A stretch of 64,000 bases of DNA. It comes from Bigelowiella natans CCMP2755. Lineage: Eukaryota; Protista; Cercozoa. The stretch spans positions 33,079-97,078 of the forward strand of contig ADNK01000966.1 in the NCBI GenBank assembly GCA_000320545.1, given 5' to 3'. The position numbers were made by a program, and so were the translations under genes. Position 1 is the first letter of the stretch, and every line of letters starts with the position of its first letter. This document shows, in pieces, positions 38,950-52,490 of this stretch. The notes below the pieces were generated by a model. That model searched no databases and had not been told where the DNA came from. It saw only the letters and a list, made by a program, of their open reading frames with translations.

Positions 38950-41900
38950 GGGATGCTGGCTGTGGAGATAACCGAACCGACCCTCTGGGGAGGGATGATG
39001 ATGATGATGATGCAGCAGATGATGATCTTAAGAATGCTACTGATGAGGACCAGAGAGTTCTACTAGGCCACGGTTCGGGTGCTGTAGTCCCTTAGGAGGC
39101 TTGTTTATCTGCTGTAGAAGGTTCTCCTTCTGTGGCGGCTCCTTGCAAAGCATCATCCTCATCGGAACAGTCTCTACCTGCTGCCATGTAGGGCCTTATT
39201 ATCACCTTCCGAAATCCTGAGCGTGTTTTTAATGTGCATATATGTCTGTCTATGTAATTACATGCAATATAAAGTACACACACACACACACACTTGTGTA
39301 TGTGTGTTTGCGAGAGAGTATTTATTTTGTTTTTTTATTTATTGTCCTTCGCTCTAGGCAAAGAACAAAGACAAGAAAGCGACGGGATAAAGGATCGCCT
39401 AGTAAACTCAAAATATTATCGAAAGGAAGCTGTTTGGTTTGACAATGACTACTTTTCACACAGGCAAGAAAAAGAACTTAAATACAGGGCGCGAAACTAG
39501 CCACTCTCGCGCATTACAGCTAAGAATTCTGCACAGCTCTTCTCACGGTACTACCAACCACTCAGCATGCCTACACTTCATCATAACCCCCTCCCTCCCC
39601 TAAAATCACGTAGAGATAGGCTGGGGGCCGGAAAATGTAATCAATCGTAGCCAGAACAGCTGGAGGTAGTAGAGACTATACAGAATAAATCCTCGAAATT
39701 TGTTGATCTTTTGAATATTGTAAAGATCAGAGAGGTTCTGCCGATATCCACAGGAGCTCATCATACGTAAGCAGCACTTATCATCTACACCGCTACCAGA
39801 TACCATCATGACGAAATTGATGATGAAAGATTCTTATACAGAATGCGAGGAAGTTTGCGATGTTTCGAGCATCCAAATTGAAGGTACGATTTAATGGGCA
39901 GATGATCCGGCACGGTCGTTTTGCGAGGGGAGTTTTCATGCGAACACCCCAAAAAATACAGTATTCCTGCACATTGCAAGGAAAGATCGTGTAGGCCCTG
40001 TTGTTGCAGCAAACACAGATTTCAGATATGAGTTCCAATCTTAAAAAGACGTGGCTTGCCGCGATGAAAGGCCATGCAATAACCACCTCTCTTCCCTGAC
40101 TGATATCTCAATTAAACTAGTTCCTTCGATGCGAGCTCCTAGGAAGATCGACGTGTACGCTAGTCAATCGATACCACGGCCAGGTAAGTCATAAACATAT
40201 ATCTTCTTCTTCCTCTTCTTCTTCTTCTCTGCGGTCAATCGAAGCTAAGCTTACTCGAGAGCTGTTACCACCGATTGTATTCTGCTATGATCACTACACT
40301 TTAAAATATCCTTCTTCGCACCCTTTCATTGTAGGAAGCAACGGTGAGTATTACTACCGTGCAGCAGACAAGCTACGAAGGGGTGGGAAAGCAAAAGAAG
40401 GAAGAAGGTCCCCCATCCACATCTGCAGGTAGGTTAACTGCTGCCTCTCTTTCTGATGGTGGCGGTGATGATAATGAGGAAGTGGACGGGGGGGGGGATC
40501 TAATGGTTATCCAACTAATCGAGTAATGGTTATTTAGCCTTGAATTCAAAGACCTGGCGGGCAGTAGAACGATGACGATGAGAAACAAGAAAACAGTAAT
40601 TGTAGCCGTTAACATATACATCCCACATGCCCTATGCTGCCATCTTTGAGCATTGATATAATAATATGTTATATATATATCAGCATGGGTTCTTCCACGT
40701 CACATCCTTTCATTTCCATAAGTAGTGCCATTGTACCGCAGCGTTATTTTGATAGCTACACTAACGCTGCCGACAACATTTGCGAATTGCAGTCTATGTT
40801 AAGAGTGGCAATTGACGTGTGTCCCTTCTTCTTCTTCTTCTTCTTCTTCTTCTTCTTCTCCTTCTCCTTATTTTCTTTCAATTATTCTCCCGCATGTGCT
40901 GCTTCACAGCCCTCGCACAAGCAAGTAGTGAAATGCAAGCAGCTTGGAACAAAAGTGGACGATCCTCAGGCAAAGTATCTGCTCGTCGTTGTCTACGAGT
41001 GCTACTCGAATATGCCGAATCAGTATGATCAGGTGGAATCTATCCGATTTAATTTTCCATGTATATGTTGTTGTATGTGTTGTGAATGGCTCGTGAGCCG
41101 AGTGACTTGCCGATGCGATTGCTACAACCCGCCCCTCCCCACCAGAAATTCGACAAATAATGCTGAGTTATCTGCTGTGAGGCGGAGGAGGCCAATCCAA
41201 CCATGCTGTTTTTCATCCCCCCCCCGCCCCTCTCCCAATCAGGTGCAAATCAATGCATTAGAAATTTTTGGCCGCACTGGTAGAAGCCACCATCCTGCTC
41301 CTAACGAGAAACCGAATAAGGTACGTGTTAGAGGGGTGGTTCGGTGTTTCAGAGATAAAGTACTGATGTTTCTTTCAATATGCATTTCGCAAAAAGGCAA
41401 CATTCGTAGAGTTGGTGCTTTCTTAATACTATCAACACTCAGGAGCCGCATATTCGAGGTGGTGTCACTAGCCCTCTCTCCCACGCTAAGCAGCCTCCTC
41501 CTTCTGCTGCCGCCGTAGATGATATTCTAATGCAACTTGGCATGCCAACGCAAACGAAACAGGTCTCTTCCAAACACCAAAAACATTTTGCAGAGGGAAG
41601 AACGTGATCCCTAAAAAGCCTAGAAATAGAGGATCATACGCTGCCAGAGTTACATTGAATGAGCTGTATAATCATGTGGAGTGATAAATCCACAGAATTT
41701 GACTCGGCAGCACGCATTCCTTAAGGAATACCTCGATTCACTGAAGCAACGACGAGAAAGGTGCGAAAAAAACGGCTAGGTTCCCGAATTTCACCCCCTT
41801 CTGAAATCTCCATCATCGTAGCTCTACACCATCGTCATCACCACCTTGATCTCATCTGCAGCATTGTGGGCTTCGCAGGTGCTCCGAATTGAAGCTGTAC

Positions 41901-43247
41901 GAAGAAGCACAATTGCTGACTTCGGGTAGTACTTTTTCCGTTGGAAGATTGGTTGAGGCTGCAGAGACCCTACTGCAGCCAGCACATAGTTAGAATTCAT
42001 GCAGAGTATGATGTTGACAATTCGTGTCTTCATCTGTTTTCAGGCATTGTCAAGCTGGATCGAGCCCTCCACACAGTGAATATGCTAAGCTATCAGACCG
42101 AAGCTACACTTGCAGAGGTGGTATTTGCCATGCTGCACTCACAACTCGTGTCGTGTTGCTGACTGTGGGATGCGTGCACGAATGTATTTTGTGCAAAAAG
42201 GAAAAATTCACGCACGCGGCTGAGCTGCGCGACAAAGTGCGCTCGGTGATCGCTGATGCGGTAAGTATATGCACGCACACTTGGGCGACATAAACTGTTG
42301 CCTTCGATCATCACAAACGAGCGAGCGTACACGCTAACATCCGATAGTGGATAATCAACTCGTTTGTTGTAGAAGGACACCTGGGAGGACGCCTCTCGAT
42401 ATGACCCCAACACCCTACTGCGGAGCGAAACAGGAGGATCGGGGCGAGAGGCGAGCGAGGGAAAGTGGCATGATTTGCTTAAACTAAGACGGATTGAAGA
42501 GAATGATGACGTATTGAAGATCGCAACACGGTATTACGTGGACTTGTTAATTCTGTGCATCTCTAGATTAGGAAACCCTTGAGTCCTTTCGAGACGACGA
42601 CGTGGAAGAATTATTGACTGACAGGAAGTATGATCCTTGATAGATTCCCCAAGACTGGGATCTATAGCTTCTGTTCTGTATTTCTTTTCTCCTCACCCTC
42701 CTCCTCCTCCTCCTCCTCCTCCTCCTCCTCCTCTTGTCTTTGCTTTTCCTTAAAATCAGAATGCGCTTTGCGGACGATACGGAGGACAGCCTAGATTCGT
42801 TGGACAAGGATGTATGCATGTGTGTATGAATGTAGTGGTGTGTGAGTAGCAGCAGCAGCAGCAGCAGCAGTATTATTATTATTAATAGCAGCGATGTGGC
42901 TTTAGTCTATTCCAGCAATGTTGATGAAGATGATGATGATGATGATGATGACGACGACGAGAGATTTTGGATATATGCTGCCACCCGTTCATACAACTTT
43001 AGCTGGAAGGTTTGGGCTTTTGCGGCATGCCGACGAACCATGAATTATGATGGTGGTGATGAACGATCATGCGCTCACGTCAACAGGTAAAACTGGACAA
43101 TGCCGTCGCTCTTTCTCTCTCGGAGCTTTTTGGCTTGAGCACACTCCAAGATTTATACAACAAGCGCTGGAAAGACCGCCTAAATGCCCTACGCATGGTT
43201 AGAGAGGAAACTTGGACTTTTCTGTTTTCTCCCCATATAGTATACAC

Positions 43248-43307
<60 letters not shown>

Positions 43308-43574
43308 ATCTGAGACGACAAAGAAGTAGATTCTCGTAGTAGAAATTACAACACGCTGGAATCGAGCGGTATGGATTGCACAGAATTTGAGTTTTTCAGC
43401 GACCTCAAAATAAGATCAAATTGACCTTTGTGCTTTGCAGCGACTCTTCATCGAGTTTTGGAACCATCTTGAGCTTATCCTCCGAGAATGCACACGAATT
43501 GACATATGTGTCAATATATACTCGATTGAACCAATTAGGTGAAAGGAAAACTGAAGCTTCTCTTCCGCAGAAGG

Positions 43575-43615
<41 letters not shown>

Positions 43616-44350
43616 ATAAAGTGTCATGCCACCCTTTACACAAACAGCTCATTAATGCTATTTCACTCTTCCCTCATCGGCTTCAAACCCTGCTCACTTT
43701 CCTGCCTGGTTCTGTTTCTTGATTTGCTGCACGTGCGTGCACGCACTGCTCGAAGATGGTACCCGGAGGAATTCGTAGTCCAAGCCGCAGCATATTTATG
43801 CGATCATCTGTTCCAAGATTCGGCCCTGCAGGTGGGGCGACGAAAGAGCTCTGTTTCCTTGTGTTGCTGTCTAAAGGACTCAAAACATGAGCGACAAGGA
43901 GTGTGTGCTGGGAATCTTCTGAGTCGCTTTCCCCTCCCAAAACCCGATTTGTTAGGTGTATTTGGGAGCGCTCTCTCTGCTGGACAGCCTCACATTCCAT
44001 CTCCAGTTACTACGCCTTTCTATGAATTTCTAAACCATATGCATTTTTTGAGAAGATTCGAAGAAAACAGGGAATGCGAGGGGGGAGGGGGGGGGGGGAG
44101 GGTTAGATGTAATATACATCCACTTTTGTCATCATTAACGCTTTTCCACAGATTTGAAGGCAGCAAGATCCCCAGAGCTTCCTGGCTTACAGACAGCTCC
44201 AAGGCTAAGGAAAGTTCTTCTCGGGCCGCCCTCGAACATCTCGCCAAGCGTGTTGCGGTTTGCTGTGCGCACAAGGATGGAAATGTGAGGAAGGTACTTT
44301 GTCCGACGTAAAGGACAGTGTGTATCTGTATGTGTGTATGCGTGTGTGAG

Positions 44351-44406
<56 letters not shown>

Positions 44407-45271
44407 TCATAGGACGGTTTTCTTTTTTGAATTTATTCGTCCATTGCTCTCACCTGGAAGAACTCGCTAAGTAATCCTTCCTCGTATTTGGTCTTCTTCG
44501 ATTCAGCTCTCCGAGAAGAGCCTGATGGCGTTAGGCCGCTTGATCAAGCCTCATCGTATTGCACGGATTCTGCAGCAAATGGGACCAGATAGCAAAGACG
44601 AGGTCTGTTGTTGCTTTATTTTTGTGCTGAGACGCGATACGGCGCCAGGTTCGGGTCGATGCGATTATTTCGTATCTGCACATTAGGAGGTTATGAAAGC
44701 ACGGCTACGCGTGCTGACGAGAACTTGTCCGCTTAGTGTCCCGGTTGGAGAAATAGAAGGAAACAAAAAAAAGGGAAAAATGGGAACTTCATTCTCATCC
44801 CATCAACCGGCAGCGACAAATGAAGCAGTATTTGTTGGAGGAGAAGAAGGGGGGGGGGGGGGGGCAGAGACAACACAGCCATCTTCATTCCTTTCCCCGG
44901 TTTGAACAATCATTTCAATAGTAAAAACGAAGTCTTTCAGAGGAGCTAGCTAAGAAAGCCTTTTTTCAACACACTTTTGTGCAAATGCTGCTACGGGTGT
45001 ATCACGACAAATAGTGTCATCTCTCTTTGCACGTGTACAGAATGTACAATGACGCCACAACAATTGCAACAATAACAACAACAACAACAATCATCACAGG
45101 AGCGCTTGGTCGGGTATGGGATGAAGTGGGCTTCCAGTCCCAGTGCTCAGATCCGTAAACATGCGATGGGACTCGTGTGGGAGGTGATATTTTACGTGCA
45201 CAACACACAATTTCTCTCTGGCAATAAATTACATCAACATACACACGCACACACACATATGTGCTTAAATA

Positions 45272-45311
<40 letters not shown>

Positions 45312-45509
45312 TATGTGATATGTGTGATCTCTAGCCCTAACAAAACCACACATCTGTATGAATTTAAGGTATTGCAACACGCACCCCACCTCCGTGAAAC
45401 GGTACTTGAAGAAGGAAAGAAGGTAGTGCCATCGCTACGAAGTGACGGGGACACCGACGAGCGTGAGCAGTCCTCTCTGGACATTGAGAACCTTAAGCTG
45501 GAAGAGTGA
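38950..45509 (+). CDS. CEP104/FAP256-like centriolar/ciliary-tip protein (jelly-roll domain, coiled coil with UVR-like motif, TOG/HEAT domain); 5' end uncertain
   Basis: Spliced GWGPENVINRSQNSWR|SERFCRYPQELII and AKYLLVVVYECYSNMPNQYDQ|VQINALEIFG match the CEP104 N-terminal domain. KEKFTHAAELRDKV is UVR-like. HEAT-like segments LYNKRWKDRLNAL, CCAHKDGNVRK, WASSPSAQIRKHAMGLVWE. Confidence 0.72.
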
Positions 45510-45519
45510 GAATGGCGAT

Positions 45520-46220
45520 CGATTTGCACGCTACGTGCGCTGCAACGATACACAGCTGCTGTCTAAGCCACGCATGGTGATAGGTTTCCACAAGTTACGG
45601 TGACACTTCGCCTTCAACTAGTCGTTCGATCATCTGCGTAGCTATATGCCCCTAGCGTTTGCAGTGCATCGTCGGGATGCGGTATATACAATGTGTAGGA
45701 GTAAGGTAGAGCAGATTACGTTATTATTCTACACCTATGCGGAGCTAAGGCATGATGTAAATGAACAATAAAAATTCGATCAGCCAAGTATAAGACGCAG
45801 CAGCCTGGTGATCATACTATCGTACATGCATGCATGTCGTTCAGACATGGCATGAAATCTATCTGGCTGGTGCTGGCGAGCGCAAGCAATCAATGGCATA
45901 TTATCATTATCGATTTGAAACTAGGTAAAGACGGTATTGCCGCTGTACTTAGTAACTAGATATTTAGCCACGTATGTGGTGGTACAGCATGCCATGGCGC
46001 CCGTCCTCCTATGCAGAGATGCGATGATTCATGCACAAGCGTAGTGTGCAGATGAAAAGATGGCGCCCTCGCGCGTTGTATATGTGCCATGGATGCATGG
46101 ATGCAGATGCATCGTCATGTGTCCATGCACGCATGCTAGCATGATCGGCTCGGAGCGACCTAACTAGATCTAGCACATTGCTTAGTAGCGGAGCAAATCC
46201 TTGGTAATGGTACATGACAC
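45520..46220. other. CTAG/CATG/TGCA-rich island between convergent CEP104-like and Treslin-like genes
   Basis: e.g. catgcacgcatgctagcatgatc, aactagatctagcac. Confidence 0.6.
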
Positions 46221-46262
46221 TTGGCATTCATATACTTTTTTATTAGTCCGCACCCACCGCCG

Positions 46263-46570
46263 CTACCGCGAATTCTGCGAGTTCCGAGTACGCAGGGGGG
46301 ATTCAGGAATTTGGACAGAAGACCCGATCTTTCCCCGCCTTCTCTTGATGACTTGAGGAGATGTGCGAAAAGTTCTAATCTTCTTAGGCTGGCTTGCTGG
46401 GGAGCGGGGAATCAGTAGTCTCTTTGCTGATTTCAAGCTCGTCGCATTCTGAGGCAGCAATGACGTCTTCTTTGCCATTGAGGCCAGACGTTGGCGCTTT
46501 TTCGTTGCCGTATTGTTTTGATTTGCTGAAAGGGATCTTGAACCGTTCTTGAAGCTGTTTTTTGCCTATT

Positions 46571-46637
<67 letters not shown>

Positions 46638-46641
46638 GAAA

Positions 46642-46676
<35 letters not shown>

Positions 46677-46790
46677 ATGTAGTAGTTTTCCCCGTGTGTT
46701 TGCACGTGTCTCAATTCATAAACCCATTGATATAGGGGGGAATCCTTGATGCGAAATTGAGTGAGGCAATATCGATCCCAAAGCAGCAGC

Positions 46791-46828
<38 letters not shown>

Positions 46829-47891
46829 CATGTCTTCTCCACGTTTACTTACTTTGAATGCGGCTGCATCACTCACTTCCGTGTTGCTGTCCAGTGATAC
46901 CACCACCCTAAATTTCTGCGGCTGAAAGACGTTCCCCATGGTTCGCATGGCGTGGGGGGCGAGGCTGACCCCCTCCGGTTTCTTAAACTTTCCTTTGGTG
47001 CTCTTCCAAAGCTTCTTCTTTTCTGTAAGCCCGTTGAGTTTGCCTCCTTTTCTATCCTCCTTCCTACCACCGCCACCACCACCACCGCTACTACTGCTAC
47101 TACTGGTACTACTACTCCTCCTGGCTCTCGTCAACCTGTTCTTCTTTCCGGCGGTCGTCGGCAGATTCTTCATGTGCCAAGAATCCCTTCCCCTCGTCCC
47201 TGCTTGCTGCTGCTCGTCCAGGGGGGAGGGCTGCGTTTTGCTTTGCAGAAGGTGAAGGCCTTTGCGCGAATTTGACTTGTTGCGATTTAGGTGGTTGCTG
47301 TTGATCGGTAAGGTGCGCTCGGAGAGAGAAGAAGAAGAAGAGTCTTTCCGGTGGGGCTGACGAGGAGGAGAAGGAGGAGGAGGAGGAGGAGGACACTCAC
47401 GACGACGATGGTGATTTGGGGACTTGTCGGCAGGGCGGACTTCTCCATCATCGCCGCCACCGAGTAGCAGCTTGTCGTCGTTATTCTTCCGTGCAAATTA
47501 CACAACATACATACAAACACAGTTTAGTTTATATCATGATATGTTATCATATTGATACAAGTATATTCCTTTCTGGCGAAAGAGAGGGGGGGGGGGGGGG
47601 GGAGCGGGAACCTGATACCTTCCAATTTTCGGCCACATCACCGAATTTCTTGTTGATCTTCCTGAAGGGTTTTGGGAAGTGTTTGCGGGGGGGGGCCTAT
47701 AATCTCGGTGACCAAGGCTTTCCGCGTTTTCCCTTGACGCAGACCTAGCTGGAACAGGCAGTGCTTTATCGTCTTCATCTTTATCACCAAAGCACAACAT
47801 TCGTCAAGATGGGCATTTGATTAAGGATTTCAACTTTTCTGTTGTGCTGTTTTCGTGAACATAAACACACGCACATACGCACACACATACG

Positions 47892-47947
<56 letters not shown>

Positions 47948-48012
47948 TTATTTACAGACATATGTAAGTCAGTATTTTTCCTGGTGTGCAGAAAATGAAG
48001 AGGAAACGAGAG

Positions 48013-48057
<45 letters not shown>

Positions 48058-48991
48058 AAAGTGAGGAGTAGGAGGAGGAGGAGGAGGAGGAGACCGACTT
48101 TGAACCACTTGATCATCATTGCTTAGAACTAGCAACGTACTAACGTACCATATCTTCTTCTTCTTCTTCTTCTTCTTCTTCTTTTCACGACGACGACGAC
48201 GACTACTACTACTACTACTACTACTACCTGTGACTTATGGATGGGATCCTTGGCCTTCTTGGGCGGGGAAAGCTTAAGCGCCCACTTAGTATACTCCAGC
48301 CGCAGGACGACCTGCAAGGCGAACAAGTGGACGCGGTCCTTCCCGTCTTCGGTGCGCTCCTCCATCATTTGGTGGGCATCCTTCAAGACGTTTGCTTCAG
48401 TGAGAAGCTCGCAGATGTCGGCGGGTCGGAGTGTTGATTCGTCAGCGCTGGAAAGCCTGTCCAACGCGCTGTAGAGCAGGCTGAATTTGGCTTGTTTCTT
48501 CAGTACCTTCTCGTAGGTATTGAGCATATCCAGCGCCAGCTGCTTACTGCTGCTGCTACTGATTCCACCGCTACTACGGCTGCCCTTGACACTATCGTTC
48601 TTATCACACCCTGCATACCCATTGCTTTGACTGCTACTATTGTTACTACTTCCACCACCACCACCACTTTGCTGCTGCAGCAGGGGCTGTTCGTCACCCA
48701 GGTGATGCGGATGCTGCTGCTCCTGCTCGTGTGTCTTTCGTGTTAGCCTGGTGGATGGGGAGGATATCTTAGTTACTGCCGGCAGTATCTCTGCTTCTTC
48801 CTTGAAATCGTGCTGTCTGATTCTCTGTCTCATCCCTGCCCACCGGCCACCATCGGTCACATCACTTTCTGCCGTGACGATGAGCCTCTCGAGCGGCAAA
48901 GGAAAGCTAGAATCTTCGTCTTCCGCTCTTTCTTCTCCAGTGACGTTGTTGTTGTCGCATGTAGTAGTACCCTTACGGTTACTACTACTAT

Positions 48992-49030
<39 letters not shown>

Positions 49031-50489
49031 AATATCTACTGCTACTACTGCGAACACTGTTGCTACTACAGCCTGAAGAACCTAGCGCTGAGAGCCAACC
49101 GTTCTGTATGATGTTGTTTGTATTCGAGCCCTCATGCACGGTGAGTGACTGCCAAAGGCGCAGGGAACTGGGAGCATCCTGATACCGGCGGTGGCGGCGT
49201 CGCTTCTCGGTCTTTTTCTCAAGAAATTTCCGCTTCCTCAGCGGAAATGCACCCCCCCCTCCCTCCGCAACAAGAAGCACAGCGAGGTGTGTTGTCAGTG
49301 GCTGCAGGATGCACTTTATCGCAGCAACCGCGGGGGGAGGGTCTTCATCGCTTGAGGACTTCGTCTGCGGTAGAAGGATCTCTACGCCTATCAGATTTCC
49401 ATCCCGTGCACATCCTGAAAATATCAAAGCCATGTCGCCCCACTCCCTACTGCCAGCCTTGCCGGATTCCTTCTTGTTGGGGGAGAGGGCACATAGGTAT
49501 GGTGAGGCAGAACTACACCAACTCGGGGGAGCGCGACTCAGTGTGCCTTTGATCATGAGCTCCGGCAGAAGCGAAGGCGATCCTCTATCTGTGTGAGTGG
49601 CACTCTTTCGAGTCGTCGAAGGCCACGGTGGTTGAAGAGCAAAAAGCTCAATATCACATGCATTTGAATTGCTGAGTAGCTTTGCATCGCAGCCCCAGAG
49701 CCAGCGTTGGTGCATAGACTTGCCCGTGTCCTGCGTTCCCGGGCATACCACCACGGAAGGTGGTACGTGCTGAAACCCAAACCGCAATCCTGCCATTCTT
49801 ATAACTGAAATGCTGGAAGGCAAGTAATATGATTCCCCTTCATCTAGCGCCTGCTTCTTCTTCGTATTGTTGTTGTCGTATCCTTTAGTAGCACAACTGC
49901 TGGCTTCATTGCTCGGAATGGGAACCCACTTGAGGCTGATACCTTTCATATTGGAGGACGTAAGAAGGCCGCGATGGTCTTCACTGCCCTTGCTGCAGGT
50001 CATGAAAGGAGTAAGAACGAAGAGTTGGCGCCAGTTCTTTCTCGTGGCACTTGGGTGTATGGAATGAGAAATATCATTAAGGCTAAGCAGGTCTTCACTC
50101 CAATCGTAGCTGCTCACAGCATCTCCAAGAGCCTAAGTGAGATAAAAAATATTCTGATGATGCACAACAACAGTCGCGTGGGTTATGAACAATGGAACTG
50201 CAAACTGTTATCGTTTTTGATCTGGACGAAATAAAAAAGCCATCTTGAAGGTAATACCCTCTTCACATTTTGAAAGTGGTCGTTATGAGTCATCTTGGTA
50301 TCTCCCATGGTTAGGCCTGAAGACTTTTCTCCCCTCTCACGAATAGCTGCGACGTACTCTGAGGCTCGCATCGGCTGCGCGAAGCCGTGCACACGATACG
50401 AATCACTAATATTTCAACACCAGACAGATAGCGTGGAGAGAACCAGCACATGAAAATCATGAGAAATCTATCACTGCATTCCAAGGAAG

Positions 50490-50527
<38 letters not shown>

Positions 50528-50766
50528 TAAATCATGGGAGGCGGGCACGCCTGGCACGTGTTCCATATTTTCCCACTGTTTCTGGAAACACATATAATTG
50601 CGCACCCAGTTCTGGAGTCGAAGCAGTGGAGTGCAACCTCAAGTCCATCCGCTCGCCCCTCACAAATTGCGATGTCTATGCATCCAGTTAGAATTGACCG
50701 AAGGCAGATTTCCAGGCAGTCAAGCTCCAAAGCAAATGGCACGTCCACCGCCAAGAGCACTTTCAT
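46263..50766 (-). CDS. Probable Treslin/TICRR (Sld3) DNA-replication initiation factor
   Basis: N-terminal MKVLLAVD...CLRSILT...LHCFDSRTG parallels the Treslin vWA start (KVMLLLD...ALRLLT...FKFFDSQG). VLKDAHQMMEERTEDGKDRVHLFALQVVLRLE parallels the Sld3/Treslin-domain motif DKVRECQLQVFLRLE. C-terminal CDK-type SP sites include IPESPLR. Confidence 0.62.
46571..46676. repeat. Compound microsatellite (CA)n(TA)n...(TG)n(AG)n
   Basis: Directly visible, inside a Treslin-like gene intron. Confidence 0.95.
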
Positions 50767-52146
50767 CTATCACCTGTTTATTGGGATATCCTCTTCCTCC
50801 TCCTTCTAATCATCATCATCATTATCATCATCATCATATCATCGTAGTGATGTTCTATGTCGGTCTTGTGGCATGTGATTTGGCGCGAAAGCCTTTCTGG
50901 TTTTGTGGTCGATCACTCAAAACACATGGGGTTTTTAGTCTACGACATTATAAAATTTTGTCGCAGTACACTAATGCACACGTCTTTCTTTGCCTAAACC
51001 CTCCCAAAGCGAGAGTTCTTTGTCATGCTCAGTGATCATGTCATGCTCCAGATTAGCCCTCCCTAGATTTAGCTCGAGGCATTGCATTTCGTACTTTGCA
51101 AACATCTTGTCATGTTTTGGAAATGAATTTTTCATTAAATTCTTGTTCTTGTTCTTGTTCTCATTGTTCTTCCAGCTGAGAAATTTGCTCCAATTGATGT
51201 TCTCCCCTCCAATTGTTCCCCTCTTGCTGGAATGTTCAATTTTGGGGGGTCCTTCAACCAATTGTGAGTTCCAGCTCACCAATCTCCGTGCCTAGCGGTC
51301 GTCTAGATTGGACCCGCTGCACGTGAACACAGCAGCGGGCGGGTGTTCAAGCAAAGTGCAGCCGCAGTGTCGCAGCGAACGTGCGAAGCAGCGTCTCCCA
51401 CCTTCACTGCCGACGCACGATCCTGCAGTGGTGGTTCATGCAGCACACTGGAATGACTGGAAGCACGTGCATCGTCCCACTTGCTAGCTTGCCTCAATGT
51501 CTAGATGTCAGTGCGTCCTTTTCCACCAGCACGCGATCTAGACGATGCTCGCTCGCTGCTCGCTGCGCGCGCACCACTTGCCTCGCCATGCATGCACAGT
51601 GCACAGATCTTGCTAGCTCTATCCTCAAGCTAGCAAGAGAAACAGCAGACAATTTTTCCTTTTCAATGCGTTGAAAAAAAAGAAGTGTGCAAGCGGTGCG
51701 TACGTTGGTTGCGATTTGGCGAACTGCTGGCGACTACTCTAGCTAGCTAGTACTAGACTGCACATGCGATGCGATGCACGTTGCTGCACATCGCAGTTGC
51801 CCACTATGCATGTTGCATAGATCGTGAAACTTCTGCCCGTTACACTCATCAGACTAAGCTGCGCTAACGTGTGTCGCACGACGACGTCAATACGTCTTAG
51901 ACATGCACAGATGCACACAGTGAATTGATCAAGTTGCGAACACACAAATTTTCCTCTTCATGCACCCTTAATGCCCATAATGTATAACCAAACGAAATCT
52001 TAATAAAAAATCGAATTCGATGATGCATAGATAATAATATGACGACTTCATATCCGCTATCATAGAAGAACAGAACGAATTTTCTTCCACAGTTTCCATG
52101 CTCTCCTGCTAGTATATTCGGCACCATCGCCCTTCTTCGCACGAAC

Positions 52147-52382
52147 TCAAATCAGGGTGCATCTAGACCTTTTTGGGGGGGCTTCCTTATTCAGTTGAAC
52201 CCTCACGGCATCATCGAATACTTCCTTCACGTTGTGCTGCAAAGTCACATTCAAAATTTCCGAAATGAATAAGCCAGATAAAGATTTCAAAAAAATAGCT
52301 ATTTTCTCATGGTCAGTAATTTACATTTTTGTGCAACTTTTGTTGGAATTTAGCAGTAGCAAGTATTGTGATGATGTGATTA

Positions 52383-52428
<46 letters not shown>

Positions 52429-52459
52429 CATTGTCACATGTTTATAATATCTAAATACA

Positions 52460-52490
<31 letters not shown>

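Noticed and set aside
39606-40086. Minus-strand ORFs inside the CEP104-like gene as a possible mobile-element insertion
   Set aside because: No transposase or RT motifs, terminal repeats or target-site duplications; they overlap plus-strand CEP104-like exons.
50971-51282. 103-aa minus-strand ORF upstream of the Treslin-like gene
   Set aside because: Non-ATG start, no recognisable motif; it could be UTR or promoter sequence or an unverified exon.
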